From: Candidatus Micrarchaeota archaeon
GTDB taxonomy: Archaea; Micrarchaeota; Micrarchaeia; Anstonellales; Bilamarchaeaceae
Direction of reading: 5' to 3'
DNA length: 54,029 nucleotides
Assembly: GCA_043809425.1 (NCBI GenBank)
Contig: JAZDDV010000070.1
Span: 1 to 54,029 of the forward strand
A model generated the notes under the pieces. That model was not told the origin of the DNA and ran no database searches. It saw only the letters and a list, made by a program, of their open reading frames with translations. Shown one piece after another: positions 34,512-42,648 of this stretch; within the stretch, counting starts at the first letter, position 1, and each line of letters opens with the position of its first letter. The position numbers and the translations under genes are program-made.

Positions 34512-35315
34512 ATGGCTGGCAGAAAAATATACAAAATAACTATCCTGGGTGCAGGGCGGCTTGGCTCAACGCTTGCGGTTTCGCTTTCAAAAAGGCACCG
34601 AGTCATAGTTTCAGACCCGAATCCAGAAAGGCTTGCAATGCTCGCCAGGCAGAGCAGGAACATTGCCGCGGCAGCTTCCAATGAAGAGGCAATTAGGGAA
34701 TCCTCGGTGATAATTTTTGCAGTCAAGCCTTCGGTCATAATACAAACCATCGCATTGCTGAAGCAGCTGCTGGCAGGAAAACTGGTTGTTTCCTGCGCTG
34801 CCGGCACCTCTTTGAAAAAAATAGAGGCAGCCACCGGTCCGGCGCGGGTTATTCGTCTTATGCCTAACATCTGTGCCGAGGTGGGTGAAGGCATGCTTGC
34901 CTACGCGCCAGGTATGCAGGCCACTGCTGAAGACGAGTCTGTTTTTGTCCTGCTATTCTCACCACTGGGCAGATGCCTGAAAATCGATGAGGGTCAGTTG
35001 AATGCAATCACCGCAGCATCTGGTTCAGGTCCGGCTTTCCTGGCGTTTTTCGCAAAATCCATTCACGAGGCAGCAGTGGAAAGCGGGCTTTCGGAAGAAA
35101 CCGCGAAGATTGCAGTTGCCCAGACTCTTATGGGTACAGGAAAACTTCTGCTTTCCGGGAAAACATTCGACGATATAATCTCAACTGTAGCTTCGCCAGG
35201 CGGAACAACTGAGGCCGGGTTGAAGGCTTTGGAAGCAAAAGGCGTCAAAGCCGCCATAAAAGAAGCCATCACAGATGCGATAAAAAAGGCAAAGGAATTG
35301 GAAGAAAAAAGTTAG
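34512..35315 (+). CDS. proC: Pyrroline-5-carboxylate reductase
   Basis: Rossmann N-terminus ITILGAGRLGS, then RLMPN and SPGGTTEAGL. Confidence 0.88.
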   Translation: MAGRKIYKITILGAGRLGSTLAVSLSKRHRVIVSDPNPERLAMLARQSRNIAAAASNEEAIRESSVIIFAVKPSVIIQTIALLKQLLAGKLVVSCAAGTSLKKIEAATGPARVIRLMPNICAEVGEGMLAYAPGMQATAEDESVFVLLFSPLGRCLKIDEGQLNAITAASGSGPAFLAFFAKSIHEAAVESGLSEETAKIAVAQTLMGTGKLLLSGKTFDDIISTVASPGGTTEAGLKALEAKGVKAAIKEAITDAIKKAKELEEKS

Positions 35316-35362
35316 CTGTTGCCGCCAGCGCAGGTTTAAAATATTTACTACAATACTTAATT

Positions 35363-35977
35363 ATGGTCCAAATTATTCCGGCGATTCTTTGCAAAACAAT
35401 CGAAGAACTAAACAGCAAAATCACCCGCGTAGCGCCCTATGTCAAGACAGTGCAGCTGGACATGATGGACGGCAAGTTCGTGCCTAATGCCACACTGCTG
35501 CCGCAACAGCTGCCAGCGTTGCAGAAAAATCTTGACTACGAATTCCACTGGATGTACCAAGACCCGGAGCCTTACCTGGACATGTTCCCAAAATCACTGC
35601 ATCTTGTCAATGTGGAAATACTTACCATGGAAAAATGGAAACGGATGAAGAAAAAAGTAAAGCGGCTTGGCATAACCATAAACCCGCCAACCCCATTCGA
35701 ATCTTTACTGCCTTACATCAATGAAACCAACGAATTCCTAGTTATGACGGTTAATCCTGGTTTTTCCGGGCAGAAATACATCGTCGAATGCGAAGAGAAG
35801 ATGCACCGTTTGCGCAAGCTCAAGCCAAAAGCGAATATCGAGGTTGATGGCGGCGTAGATGCGGTTACTGCAAAACGGGCAGTAGCAGCAGGCGCGAACA
35901 AGCTTGTGGTCGCATCAGCGCTGTTCGCTCGCGAAAGCATTAAAGAAGCTATTGCTGATATATTATCATCTTTATAG
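35363..35977 (+). CDS. rpe: Ribulose-phosphate 3-epimerase
   Basis: IIPAIL, QLDMMDGKFVPN and LVMTVNPGFSGQKYI motifs. Confidence 0.8.
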   Translation: MVQIIPAILCKTIEELNSKITRVAPYVKTVQLDMMDGKFVPNATLLPQQLPALQKNLDYEFHWMYQDPEPYLDMFPKSLHLVNVEILTMEKWKRMKKKVKRLGITINPPTPFESLLPYINETNEFLVMTVNPGFSGQKYIVECEEKMHRLRKLKPKANIEVDGGVDAVTAKRAVAAGANKLVVASALFARESIKEAIADILSSL

Positions 35978-36001
35978 TCTTAGAACTTGGGCGTGGGAAC
36001 T

Positions 36002-36862
36002 ATGGCATTATTCAAGAAAGTTACTAGCATCAAGAAGCTTAAGCTGATTGCCAACACAATCAGGCAGGACATCGTGAAAATGCTGTTTGAGGCCAAATCA
36101 GGCCACACAGCAGGCTCCATGGGCCTGGCAGATATTTTCACTGCGTTGTACTTCAACATTCTTTATCATGACCCGGAGAATCCGGACTGGCCGGACAGGG
36201 ACCGCATGGTGGTTTCCAACGGTCATATCGCACCGGTTATTTACGCAGCACTGGCAAACGCCGGCTATTTCCCAAAAGAAGAGCTGCTCACGCTTAGAAA
36301 ATTCGGCAGCCGCTTGCAGGGGCATCCGCATCGCGGCACGCTGCCAGGCATAGAAAATTCATCCGGGCCGCTTGGCCAAGGACTATCACAGGCAGTGGGC
36401 ATGGCAATCGTAGCCAAGAGTGAAAAGAAAAGGTGGCGCGTTTACTGCCTTGTTTCAGACGGTGAATTGCAGGAAGGGCAGAGCTGGGAAGCAGTGATGC
36501 TTGCGAACAAATACCGGCTAGGTAATTTGACGGTTCTTATTGACCGGAACAACATCCAGATAGACGGCTACACTGAAGAAGTGCTTCCGCTGGAGCCGCT
36601 GGCAGAAAAGTTCCGCGCATTTGGCTGGAATGTCATTGACATCGACGGCCATAATGTCAAGAAGATAATCGATGCCTGCGATGAAAGCAAGGCGGTTTTT
36701 GAGCGGCCTACGGTAATCATCGCACATACTGTGCCGGGAAAGGCAATATCGTTCATGGAATTCCTGTCCGAGTGGCATGGAAAATCTCCTGCAAAAGAGC
36801 AGGCTGATGCAGCACTTGGCGAACTGGACAAGGAGCGGCAGAGGATAATGGAGGAGGACTAG
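36002..36862 (+). CDS. Transketolase, N-terminal (TPP-binding) subunit
   Basis: SGHTAGSMG, DRMVVSNGH and SDGELQEGQSWEA. Split tkt as in many archaea. TTG 35987 is an alternative start. Confidence 0.9.
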   Translation: MALFKKVTSIKKLKLIANTIRQDIVKMLFEAKSGHTAGSMGLADIFTALYFNILYHDPENPDWPDRDRMVVSNGHIAPVIYAALANAGYFPKEELLTLRKFGSRLQGHPHRGTLPGIENSSGPLGQGLSQAVGMAIVAKSEKKRWRVYCLVSDGELQEGQSWEAVMLANKYRLGNLTVLIDRNNIQIDGYTEEVLPLEPLAEKFRAFGWNVIDIDGHNVKKIIDACDESKAVFERPTVIIAHTVPGKAISFMEFLSEWHGKSPAKEQADAALGELDKERQRIMEED

Positions 36863-36863
36863 C

Positions 36864-37826
36864 ATGATCATCGAAAATATCACAAATCCAAAAGAAATCA
36901 AGGCAGTGCGTGAAGGCGTTGGCATAGCGCTTGCTGAGATCGGCGAAAAGAACAAGGATTTGTGGGTGCTTTGCGCTGACGTGACCGAATCCACGAGAAT
37001 GCATCACTTTGCGGAGAAATTCCCAAAGCGGTTCGTGCAGGTTGGCGTGGCAGAACAGAATATGGCAGGCGTTGCCGCAGGGATAGCTGCAACTGGCAAG
37101 ACTGCTGTAATCTCAGCCTATGCGGTTTTCTCTCCTGGTCGAAACTGGGACCAGATCCGCGTTTCCATCTGCTACAATAACGTTGACGTCAAGATACATG
37201 CCTCGCACAGCGGCCTTAACGTAGGCCCGGACGGAGCGTCGCACCAGGCGCTGGAGGATATTGCCCTGGTTCGCTCGCTTCCGAATATAATCGTGCTTGC
37301 GCCAAGCGACTATCTACAGGCCAAAAAGGCGGTTTATGCGGCCATGCAGCACAAAGGCCCTGTTTATCTAAGGAGCCCAAGGGATAAGTCAGCTGTTTTC
37401 ACAACCGAAGACGCGCCATTTGAAATCGGCAAGGCAAATATCTACCGCGATGGTACGGACGTGGCAATACTGGCGCATGGCATGATGGTTTACGAATCTT
37501 TACTCGCAGCGGAGAAGCTTAAGGCAGAGGGAATAGCTGCTGCCGTACTCGATATCTCATCCATCAAGCCGCTTGACAAGGAGACGATAATCAAATATGC
37601 GAAAAAGACCGGCCTTATTGTGACTGTTGAAGAGCATCAGGTGCATGGCGGCATGGGTTCTGCCGTAGCTGAAATGCTTGCGCAGCACTGCCCGACAAAG
37701 ATGAAAATTCACGGCGTATACGACCGCTTCTGCGAATCCGGCGAGCTGAAGGAGCTTTTCAAAAAATACCAGTTTGATGCAGACGGCATTGCCAGTGTCG
37801 TAAAAGAAGCGATGAAATCAAAATAG
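36864..37826 (+). CDS. Transketolase, C-terminal (pyrimidine-binding) subunit
   Basis: VGVAEQNMAGVAAG, GPDGASHQALEDIA and VEEH motifs. Confidence 0.9.
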   Translation: MIIENITNPKEIKAVREGVGIALAEIGEKNKDLWVLCADVTESTRMHHFAEKFPKRFVQVGVAEQNMAGVAAGIAATGKTAVISAYAVFSPGRNWDQIRVSICYNNVDVKIHASHSGLNVGPDGASHQALEDIALVRSLPNIIVLAPSDYLQAKKAVYAAMQHKGPVYLRSPRDKSAVFTTEDAPFEIGKANIYRDGTDVAILAHGMMVYESLLAAEKLKAEGIAAAVLDISSIKPLDKETIIKYAKKTGLIVTVEEHQVHGGMGSAVAEMLAQHCPTKMKIHGVYDRFCESGELKELFKKYQFDADGIASVVKEAMKSK

Positions 37827-38978
37827 CGTCAGTCCGAACAGCAAAAGCAGTGTAGGCACTATCACTGCGCCCATCATTTGCGTTCTTTCTACATCAAGCC
37901 TTAGCGTAAGCCAGCCAAGCGCGCTTGCAAGTACAAGCACCAGTAATCCAAGCCAGCCATCCAGCAGGAAGCAGACCAGGGCAAGATAGGCGATAAACAG
38001 CCAGCCGATGGGCCTTGCATTAAGCACTGCCAGGTTGGCTGCCTTTTTTCTTAGCAGCCATACGGCAACAGATGCCAATGCAGCACCGAAAACAAAAAGC
38101 ACTGCCAGGAGCAACGCATCCTGCTGCACATCAGCGAATTGCGTAAGCCAGGCCGTGGTGCCGATGCGGCTTTTGCCTATGGTCGCAGCAGTTGCCAGTG
38201 AAAATATTGCCTGGGAAACGCCAATCGAGCTGACAGTCGCCAGATAGCTAAGGGAATTGAATGGCACTGCTGCAGTGGCAAAGAACGCAACCTGGGCAGG
38301 CGAACTTATGCCTGGCAGCAGGTCAGCGAACATACCTAGAAACACGCCAAGCAGTATGAAGGCAAGCAATTCCTTCCTGAAGCCGCCTTCTTTTTTCTGT
38401 GCCGGTATTTTTGCGCCGGTGATGTTGAGCAGTGCAGCTATGGCAAACATGCCTGAGAACAGCGGCATAAACGGGTCGGGCATCTGCGAGTTAAGCGAAA
38501 AGTAGCCTAGAGCGCCGGCAGCAATGAAAATAAGCAGTGCAGTCAGCATATTCTTGCTTCTTGCCACAAGTACTACTGCCAGCACCAGCACGATATATTT
38601 TATGTAGCCGCCCAATGCCGACTGCAGATAGGGAAACATCAGCATTGACGGGATAAAAAGCAGCAGCGAAAGAAATGCAGCTGCAATGGCAGAAAGCAGC
38701 ATGGTTTTCAGCGCAGTTAATCCTTCGCCGGATAATGTCATCCGCTGGCCTGGTAAGGCCGCAAGTACGGTTTCGCCTTCTGGTATGCCGAAAAATATCG
38801 CCGGAACAAATGAAGCGATGAGATTGGCAGGAAACATGCCTATGAGCAAAGCAGTTTTGCCCTCATTGGTCATGCCAAGCTGGGCTATGACTGAGCTTAT
38901 GTTATTAGGATGAAGGCCAGGCAGAAACCCGGCGATAACCCCCAGGAAAACTCCTGCGAAAAATTCCAAGAATTCCAT
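37818..38978 (-). CDS. Polytopic membrane protein, DUF112/TctA-like
   Basis: About 10 hydrophobic helices with FLPGLHP and LLPGISSP repeats typical of TctA-family halves. Confidence 0.65.
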   Translation of the reverse strand: MEFLEFFAGVFLGVIAGFLPGLHPNNISSVIAQLGMTNEGKTALLIGMFPANLIASFVPAIFFGIPEGETVLAALPGQRMTLSGEGLTALKTMLLSAIAAAFLSLLLFIPSMLMFPYLQSALGGYIKYIVLVLAVVLVARSKNMLTALLIFIAAGALGYFSLNSQMPDPFMPLFSGMFAIAALLNITGAKIPAQKKEGGFRKELLAFILLGVFLGMFADLLPGISSPAQVAFFATAAVPFNSLSYLATVSSIGVSQAIFSLATAATIGKSRIGTTAWLTQFADVQQDALLLAVLFVFGAALASVAVWLLRKKAANLAVLNARPIGWLFIAYLALVCFLLDGWLGLLVLVLASALGWLTLRLDVERTQMMGAVIVPTLLLLFGLTLF

Positions 38979-38983
38979 AACTA

Positions 38984-40285
38984 TTAGCCGATGGTGATAC
39001 TGTTGACGCGGATATGCGGGCCTCCGTCTTCCACTGGCGCCCGCTGGCCGCTTTTGCCGCAGATGCCCGGGTGCGTTGCAAAATCATTGCCCACTGCAGT
39101 TATGCCATTAAGCACTTCCTTCAGATCTCCGATGATGGCTACATCACGCAGCGTCTTGCCCAGTTGGCCGTTTTCGATGAGGTTCCCTTCCTTTGCCTTG
39201 AACATAAAGCCGCCTGAGAAAATGTCAACACTGCCGCCCAGACTGCCTTTGATGTACACGCCGTGCTTGATGTCAAATACCTCATCCAGCTTGCTTTTTC
39301 CAGGCTTGAACATGGTGTTGCTCATGCGCACAATGGGCTGCGAGTCATAGCTGTCTGCGCGCGCATGGCCATTAAGCTGCTGGTTAAGTTCAGCAGCGCT
39401 TTCGCGCGAGTTCATCAGGCCTGTAAGCACGCCATTTGTTATCAGCGAAGCGCGTTTGCCTTCAACACCTTCATCATCGTAGCGGTAATGGCCGAAATAG
39501 GGCAGGGTAGGGTCATCATAGATGGTAACCAGCTCATTGCCGACTTTTTTGCCAAGCTGGCCTGCATAAACAGATTCTTTTGTTATTATGGCATCTGCTT
39601 CCGAAGCATGGCCCACCACTTCATGTATGAAAGTCCCGTTCATTTCCGGATCAAGCACTGCCTGGAATTTGCCTTTGGGCGGCGCGTCTGCGTGCAGCAG
39701 CCGTTCAGCCATTTCCATTGCGTCCATTGCCACGTGTCGCATGTCTATTTTGTCTGCAGCTATCCTTGAGCCTGCACTTTGCAAGCCAGTTTGCATTAGG
39801 CTGCCTTCCCGCGCTATCACGCTGCAGCTGAAGTAAAAATGCGCTGTTGTGTCATCCAGTTCGCGGCCTTCTGAGTTGTAGAACTGCCAGCTGTTTTTTG
39901 TTCCGGAAAAACCAAGATTGGCAGATAATTTGTTTTTGCTGTTAGTCTCTTTCTCTGCTTCTTTTACCATTGCCAACACAGCTTCATCATCAAGCCATTT
40001 TATGCTGTCAGCGGTTTTCTTTTTTTCCGCAGTGGTGTTTGCGACTTTTATTTTTCCTGTCTGTAGCCCTGCAAGCTTTTCCGCATTTTCCAGCAGTTTG
40101 CCTGCGTCTGCATTTTTACTGTTTGATGCGGCAAAGCCCCAGGCGCCGTTTTTCAGCACCCGGGCAGATACGCCGTAGGAGGTGCCTGCGGCTAGGTTTG
40201 TTTCATCTCTTAGGGCCAGGCGCAGCGATTCAGTTTCTTCGAATCGAAGTTCGGCGTATTGGTATTTCTCAAGGCCGAACATCAT
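38984..40285 (-). CDS. tldD: TldD-type metalloprotease
   Basis: HEVVGH (HExxxH), GSLGGSV and the C-terminal PmbA/TldD fold pattern. Confidence 0.85.
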   Translation of the reverse strand: MMFGLEKYQYAELRFEETESLRLALRDETNLAAGTSYGVSARVLKNGAWGFAASNSKNADAGKLLENAEKLAGLQTGKIKVANTTAEKKKTADSIKWLDDEAVLAMVKEAEKETNSKNKLSANLGFSGTKNSWQFYNSEGRELDDTTAHFYFSCSVIAREGSLMQTGLQSAGSRIAADKIDMRHVAMDAMEMAERLLHADAPPKGKFQAVLDPEMNGTFIHEVVGHASEADAIITKESVYAGQLGKKVGNELVTIYDDPTLPYFGHYRYDDEGVEGKRASLITNGVLTGLMNSRESAAELNQQLNGHARADSYDSQPIVRMSNTMFKPGKSKLDEVFDIKHGVYIKGSLGGSVDIFSGGFMFKAKEGNLIENGQLGKTLRDVAIIGDLKEVLNGITAVGNDFATHPGICGKSGQRAPVEDGGPHIRVNSITIG

Positions 40286-40623
40286 AACACGCTTTCTGCC
40301 TGTTTTGAGAAGTCCAGAATGGCCCTTTTCTCTTCCTTTGTTTTTGCGATGCCGAAAAATAGGTAGGTTGCCATTGGCACAATCACGATGGTTTCTCCAC
40401 CGAATGTGATTTCCACCTCTTTCTGCGTGTTGCCTTCGCGCTGCAGCATGGCATCAGACGCATTGACTACGCGCGTTAGCAGCGTCGGTGCCGTATCACC
40501 TAAAGCGACAGTTGCCTTTACCACAACACCGTCCTTCTGCAGCAGTCCGCCGCCTATGCCTGCTTCTTTCATCTTATTCAGCAGATTTTCCACTTCCGTT
40601 GCCTTTGCTTGTGTAAGCGCCAT
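40282..40623 (-). CDS. Roadblock/LC7 (MglB-like) domain protein
   Basis: 113 aa with the alpha-beta-alpha layout GGGLLQKDGVVVKATV...EVEITFGGETIVIVPMATYLFFGI, typical of Roadblock/LC7. Confidence 0.7.
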   Translation of the reverse strand: MALTQAKATEVENLLNKMKEAGIGGGLLQKDGVVVKATVALGDTAPTLLTRVVNASDAMLQREGNTQKEVEITFGGETIVIVPMATYLFFGIAKTKEEKRAILDFSKQAESVL

Positions 40624-40633
40624 ATTTTCACCT

Positions 40634-41347
40634 TTAGATTATTACTATCCCTGACGGTCCGAGCCTGAATTGCAGTGGCACCGGCAGCAGCGGAACCTCC
40701 AGATTGTAGCCTTCCTTTTCAGTTATGGTATAAACTTCATCCATGCCGTGCTCCAATATGCCCATGAGCTGCTTGTCATGCACGCCTTCGTCAATAAGAT
40801 AAATCGTTGTTGCGCCGGCAGTCTTGAGTCGGCCCTCGACAACATCCATGAATTTCCTTATGGAATCCTGCGGGTTGTAGAGCACAAACGTGGAAAGCGT
40901 GTGGAAAATTATGCGCAGTTTCTTGCCGCTGCTTTCCCTTACGGCATCATTGAGCGCCAGCGAAAGGTCGTTGAGCGCGCTTGGGCCTGGCACGTACTTC
41001 AGCTTCTCGGTTTCCTGCACGCTTTTGCCGTCGCCCAGCGTCATGGTGTAGCAGTCTATAAACTTCACATTGTCTTTTTTCAGGTTGACTCCAAGCGTTG
41101 CCGCGCGTTTTATTATTTCTTCAGGCGCTGAACCGCCGCATATGAAATAAACGTCTTCCTCGGCAGATGCCGCATCTGCGAAATGATAGGCAAAGGCAGC
41201 CTTCTCCATGCCGCTCGGGCCGATAAAAAGTATGTTGCCCGGGTTTTTGTATCCTCCTTCAAGGATGATGTCCAGGTCAGCAATGCCCGTCTGCCATCTT
41301 GTTTTTCTTAAAACTGGAAGTTTTTCATCAACGCCGAGTTCGTCCAT
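40634..41347 (-). CDS. KaiC/RecA-superfamily (COG0467-like) protein with degenerate Walker A and B
   Basis: TGIADLDIILEGGYKNPGNILFIGPSGMEKAAFAYHF has the KaiC-like entry motif. Walker A reads GPSGMEKA instead of GxxGxGK[ST]. The Walker B position reads RIIFHTLS instead of hhhhDS. Confidence 0.65.
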   Translation of the reverse strand: MDELGVDEKLPVLRKTRWQTGIADLDIILEGGYKNPGNILFIGPSGMEKAAFAYHFADAASAEEDVYFICGGSAPEEIIKRAATLGVNLKKDNVKFIDCYTMTLGDGKSVQETEKLKYVPGPSALNDLSLALNDAVRESSGKKLRIIFHTLSTFVLYNPQDSIRKFMDVVEGRLKTAGATTIYLIDEGVHDKQLMGILEHGMDEVYTITEKEGYNLEVPLLPVPLQFRLGPSGIVII

Positions 41348-41382
41348 GGCGTGTTTTCTCTTTAGGTTTTTAAAAGCATGCG

Positions 41383-42648
41383 CTATTGCAGTTTGAAGCG
41401 CATAAACACGAGCAGTATTATCACACCGAGCATGCCGAAGAGCAGTTGTATCGTTTGCTGCGTATCATACTGGTGGGCAAAACTTTTCCTGGTCGTTTCC
41501 CAGTTAGGTCTGCTACCTGTTTCAGTTGCATTGCCCTGGGAAAGCTGCCTGCTATAAATTTTCTGCACCGTTGTTGCATTGCCGCCGAAAACATCCATTG
41601 CCTCAAGCTTGAATTCATTTAACCCAAGCTCCTGGCCGAAATTGTAAGCGAAGCGGTAAAGATAGGCAAATGAGTGATTTTCCTGCTCCAGTGTAGTTGG
41701 CGTTGCATTAACCTGACCTAGAAACGGGCTGCTGTCATTTGCTACGGTTACTATCCGCCTTAGCCCGAATTCATTTTCAGTGATATTGAAGTCATACAAT
41801 CGAAAAGAGGCAACGGTTGTGCCATTCTTTATCAGCTTGGCTAAGTATATTTGCCGCTGGGAAAGCAGCAGTATGCTTATTTTATTATTCCTGAACCATT
41901 GTTCTCCCAATGCAGGCGTTTCCAGGAAGTACAGCTTCTGTTTACCTGCCGGGTACACGATCGCCGTGTCGCTGAAATTCAATTCCCTTTCAATTACCTC
42001 ATAGCTGCTGCCACAGCTCCCGCCTCCTCCGCCCCGGTTATCAAAAGCATAAACAAAATCCATCGTGCCGGTAAGCTGCACTTCCAGTGGTTCGCTGCCT
42101 GATGCGTTTTCCATTTGCGCTACCAGTTCAGCTGGTATGCTCGCATTATTCGCAATGGTGTGATTGTAAGAATGCCCGAATAGGCCAAGCGTTTCATAGG
42201 GCGGCTCCACCACCACGCTTTTGTTCCTGAAAGTGAAATTAATAAACCAGTGCGAGTAGGCGTGGAATTCTCTTTCGGTTTCTGTGCAGCCGTCACCATC
42301 CAGGTCGCAGAGCGAGTCTGTTGTTCTTTTCCAGTCGCATACTGCTCCGTTTACATCTTCCAGATGGTTTGCCCTTGCGCCCCGCCCTATTATGAGCAGC
42401 GCACTACCATTGGTACTGTTATCCAGCAGCAGGTTGAAGCCGGCTAGGGCCATGCTGCCGCGTACCACCATCGGTCTGCTGTACCAGTCAAGCGAAAGAT
42501 TGTCCTGGTGGGAAAAATTCTGCAGATAAAGATCATTGAGCTCTGTTGCTTTGGCATTGTTCCAGCTTAGTACGTCTGCAAAAGGTGGTTCGGTATAAAG
42601 CGCCTGGGCCGCGCACAGTAAAAACAAAAGCGCAATCAGCTTTTTCAT
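41383..42648 (-). CDS. Secreted, C-terminally anchored, sequon-rich surface protein (421 aa)
   Basis: Signal peptide MKKLIALLFLLCAAQA. 17 N-x-S/T sequons by my count. C-terminal TM helix LLFGMLGVIILLVF followed by MRFKLQ. Confidence 0.7.
   Translation of the reverse strand: MKKLIALLFLLCAAQALYTEPPFADVLSWNNAKATELNDLYLQNFSHQDNLSLDWYSRPMVVRGSMALAGFNLLLDNSTNGSALLIIGRGARANHLEDVNGAVCDWKRTTDSLCDLDGDGCTETEREFHAYSHWFINFTFRNKSVVVEPPYETLGLFGHSYNHTIANNASIPAELVAQMENASGSEPLEVQLTGTMDFVYAFDNRGGGGGSCGSSYEVIERELNFSDTAIVYPAGKQKLYFLETPALGEQWFRNNKISILLLSQRQIYLAKLIKNGTTVASFRLYDFNITENEFGLRRIVTVANDSSPFLGQVNATPTTLEQENHSFAYLYRFAYNFGQELGLNEFKLEAMDVFGGNATTVQKIYSRQLSQGNATETGSRPNWETTRKSFAHQYDTQQTIQLLFGMLGVIILLVFMRFKLQ

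Noticed and set aside
38984-40285. TldD without an adjacent TldE/PmbA partner as an anomaly
   Set aside because: The partner may be encoded elsewhere, and single TldD-type genes are common. This is not informative on its own.
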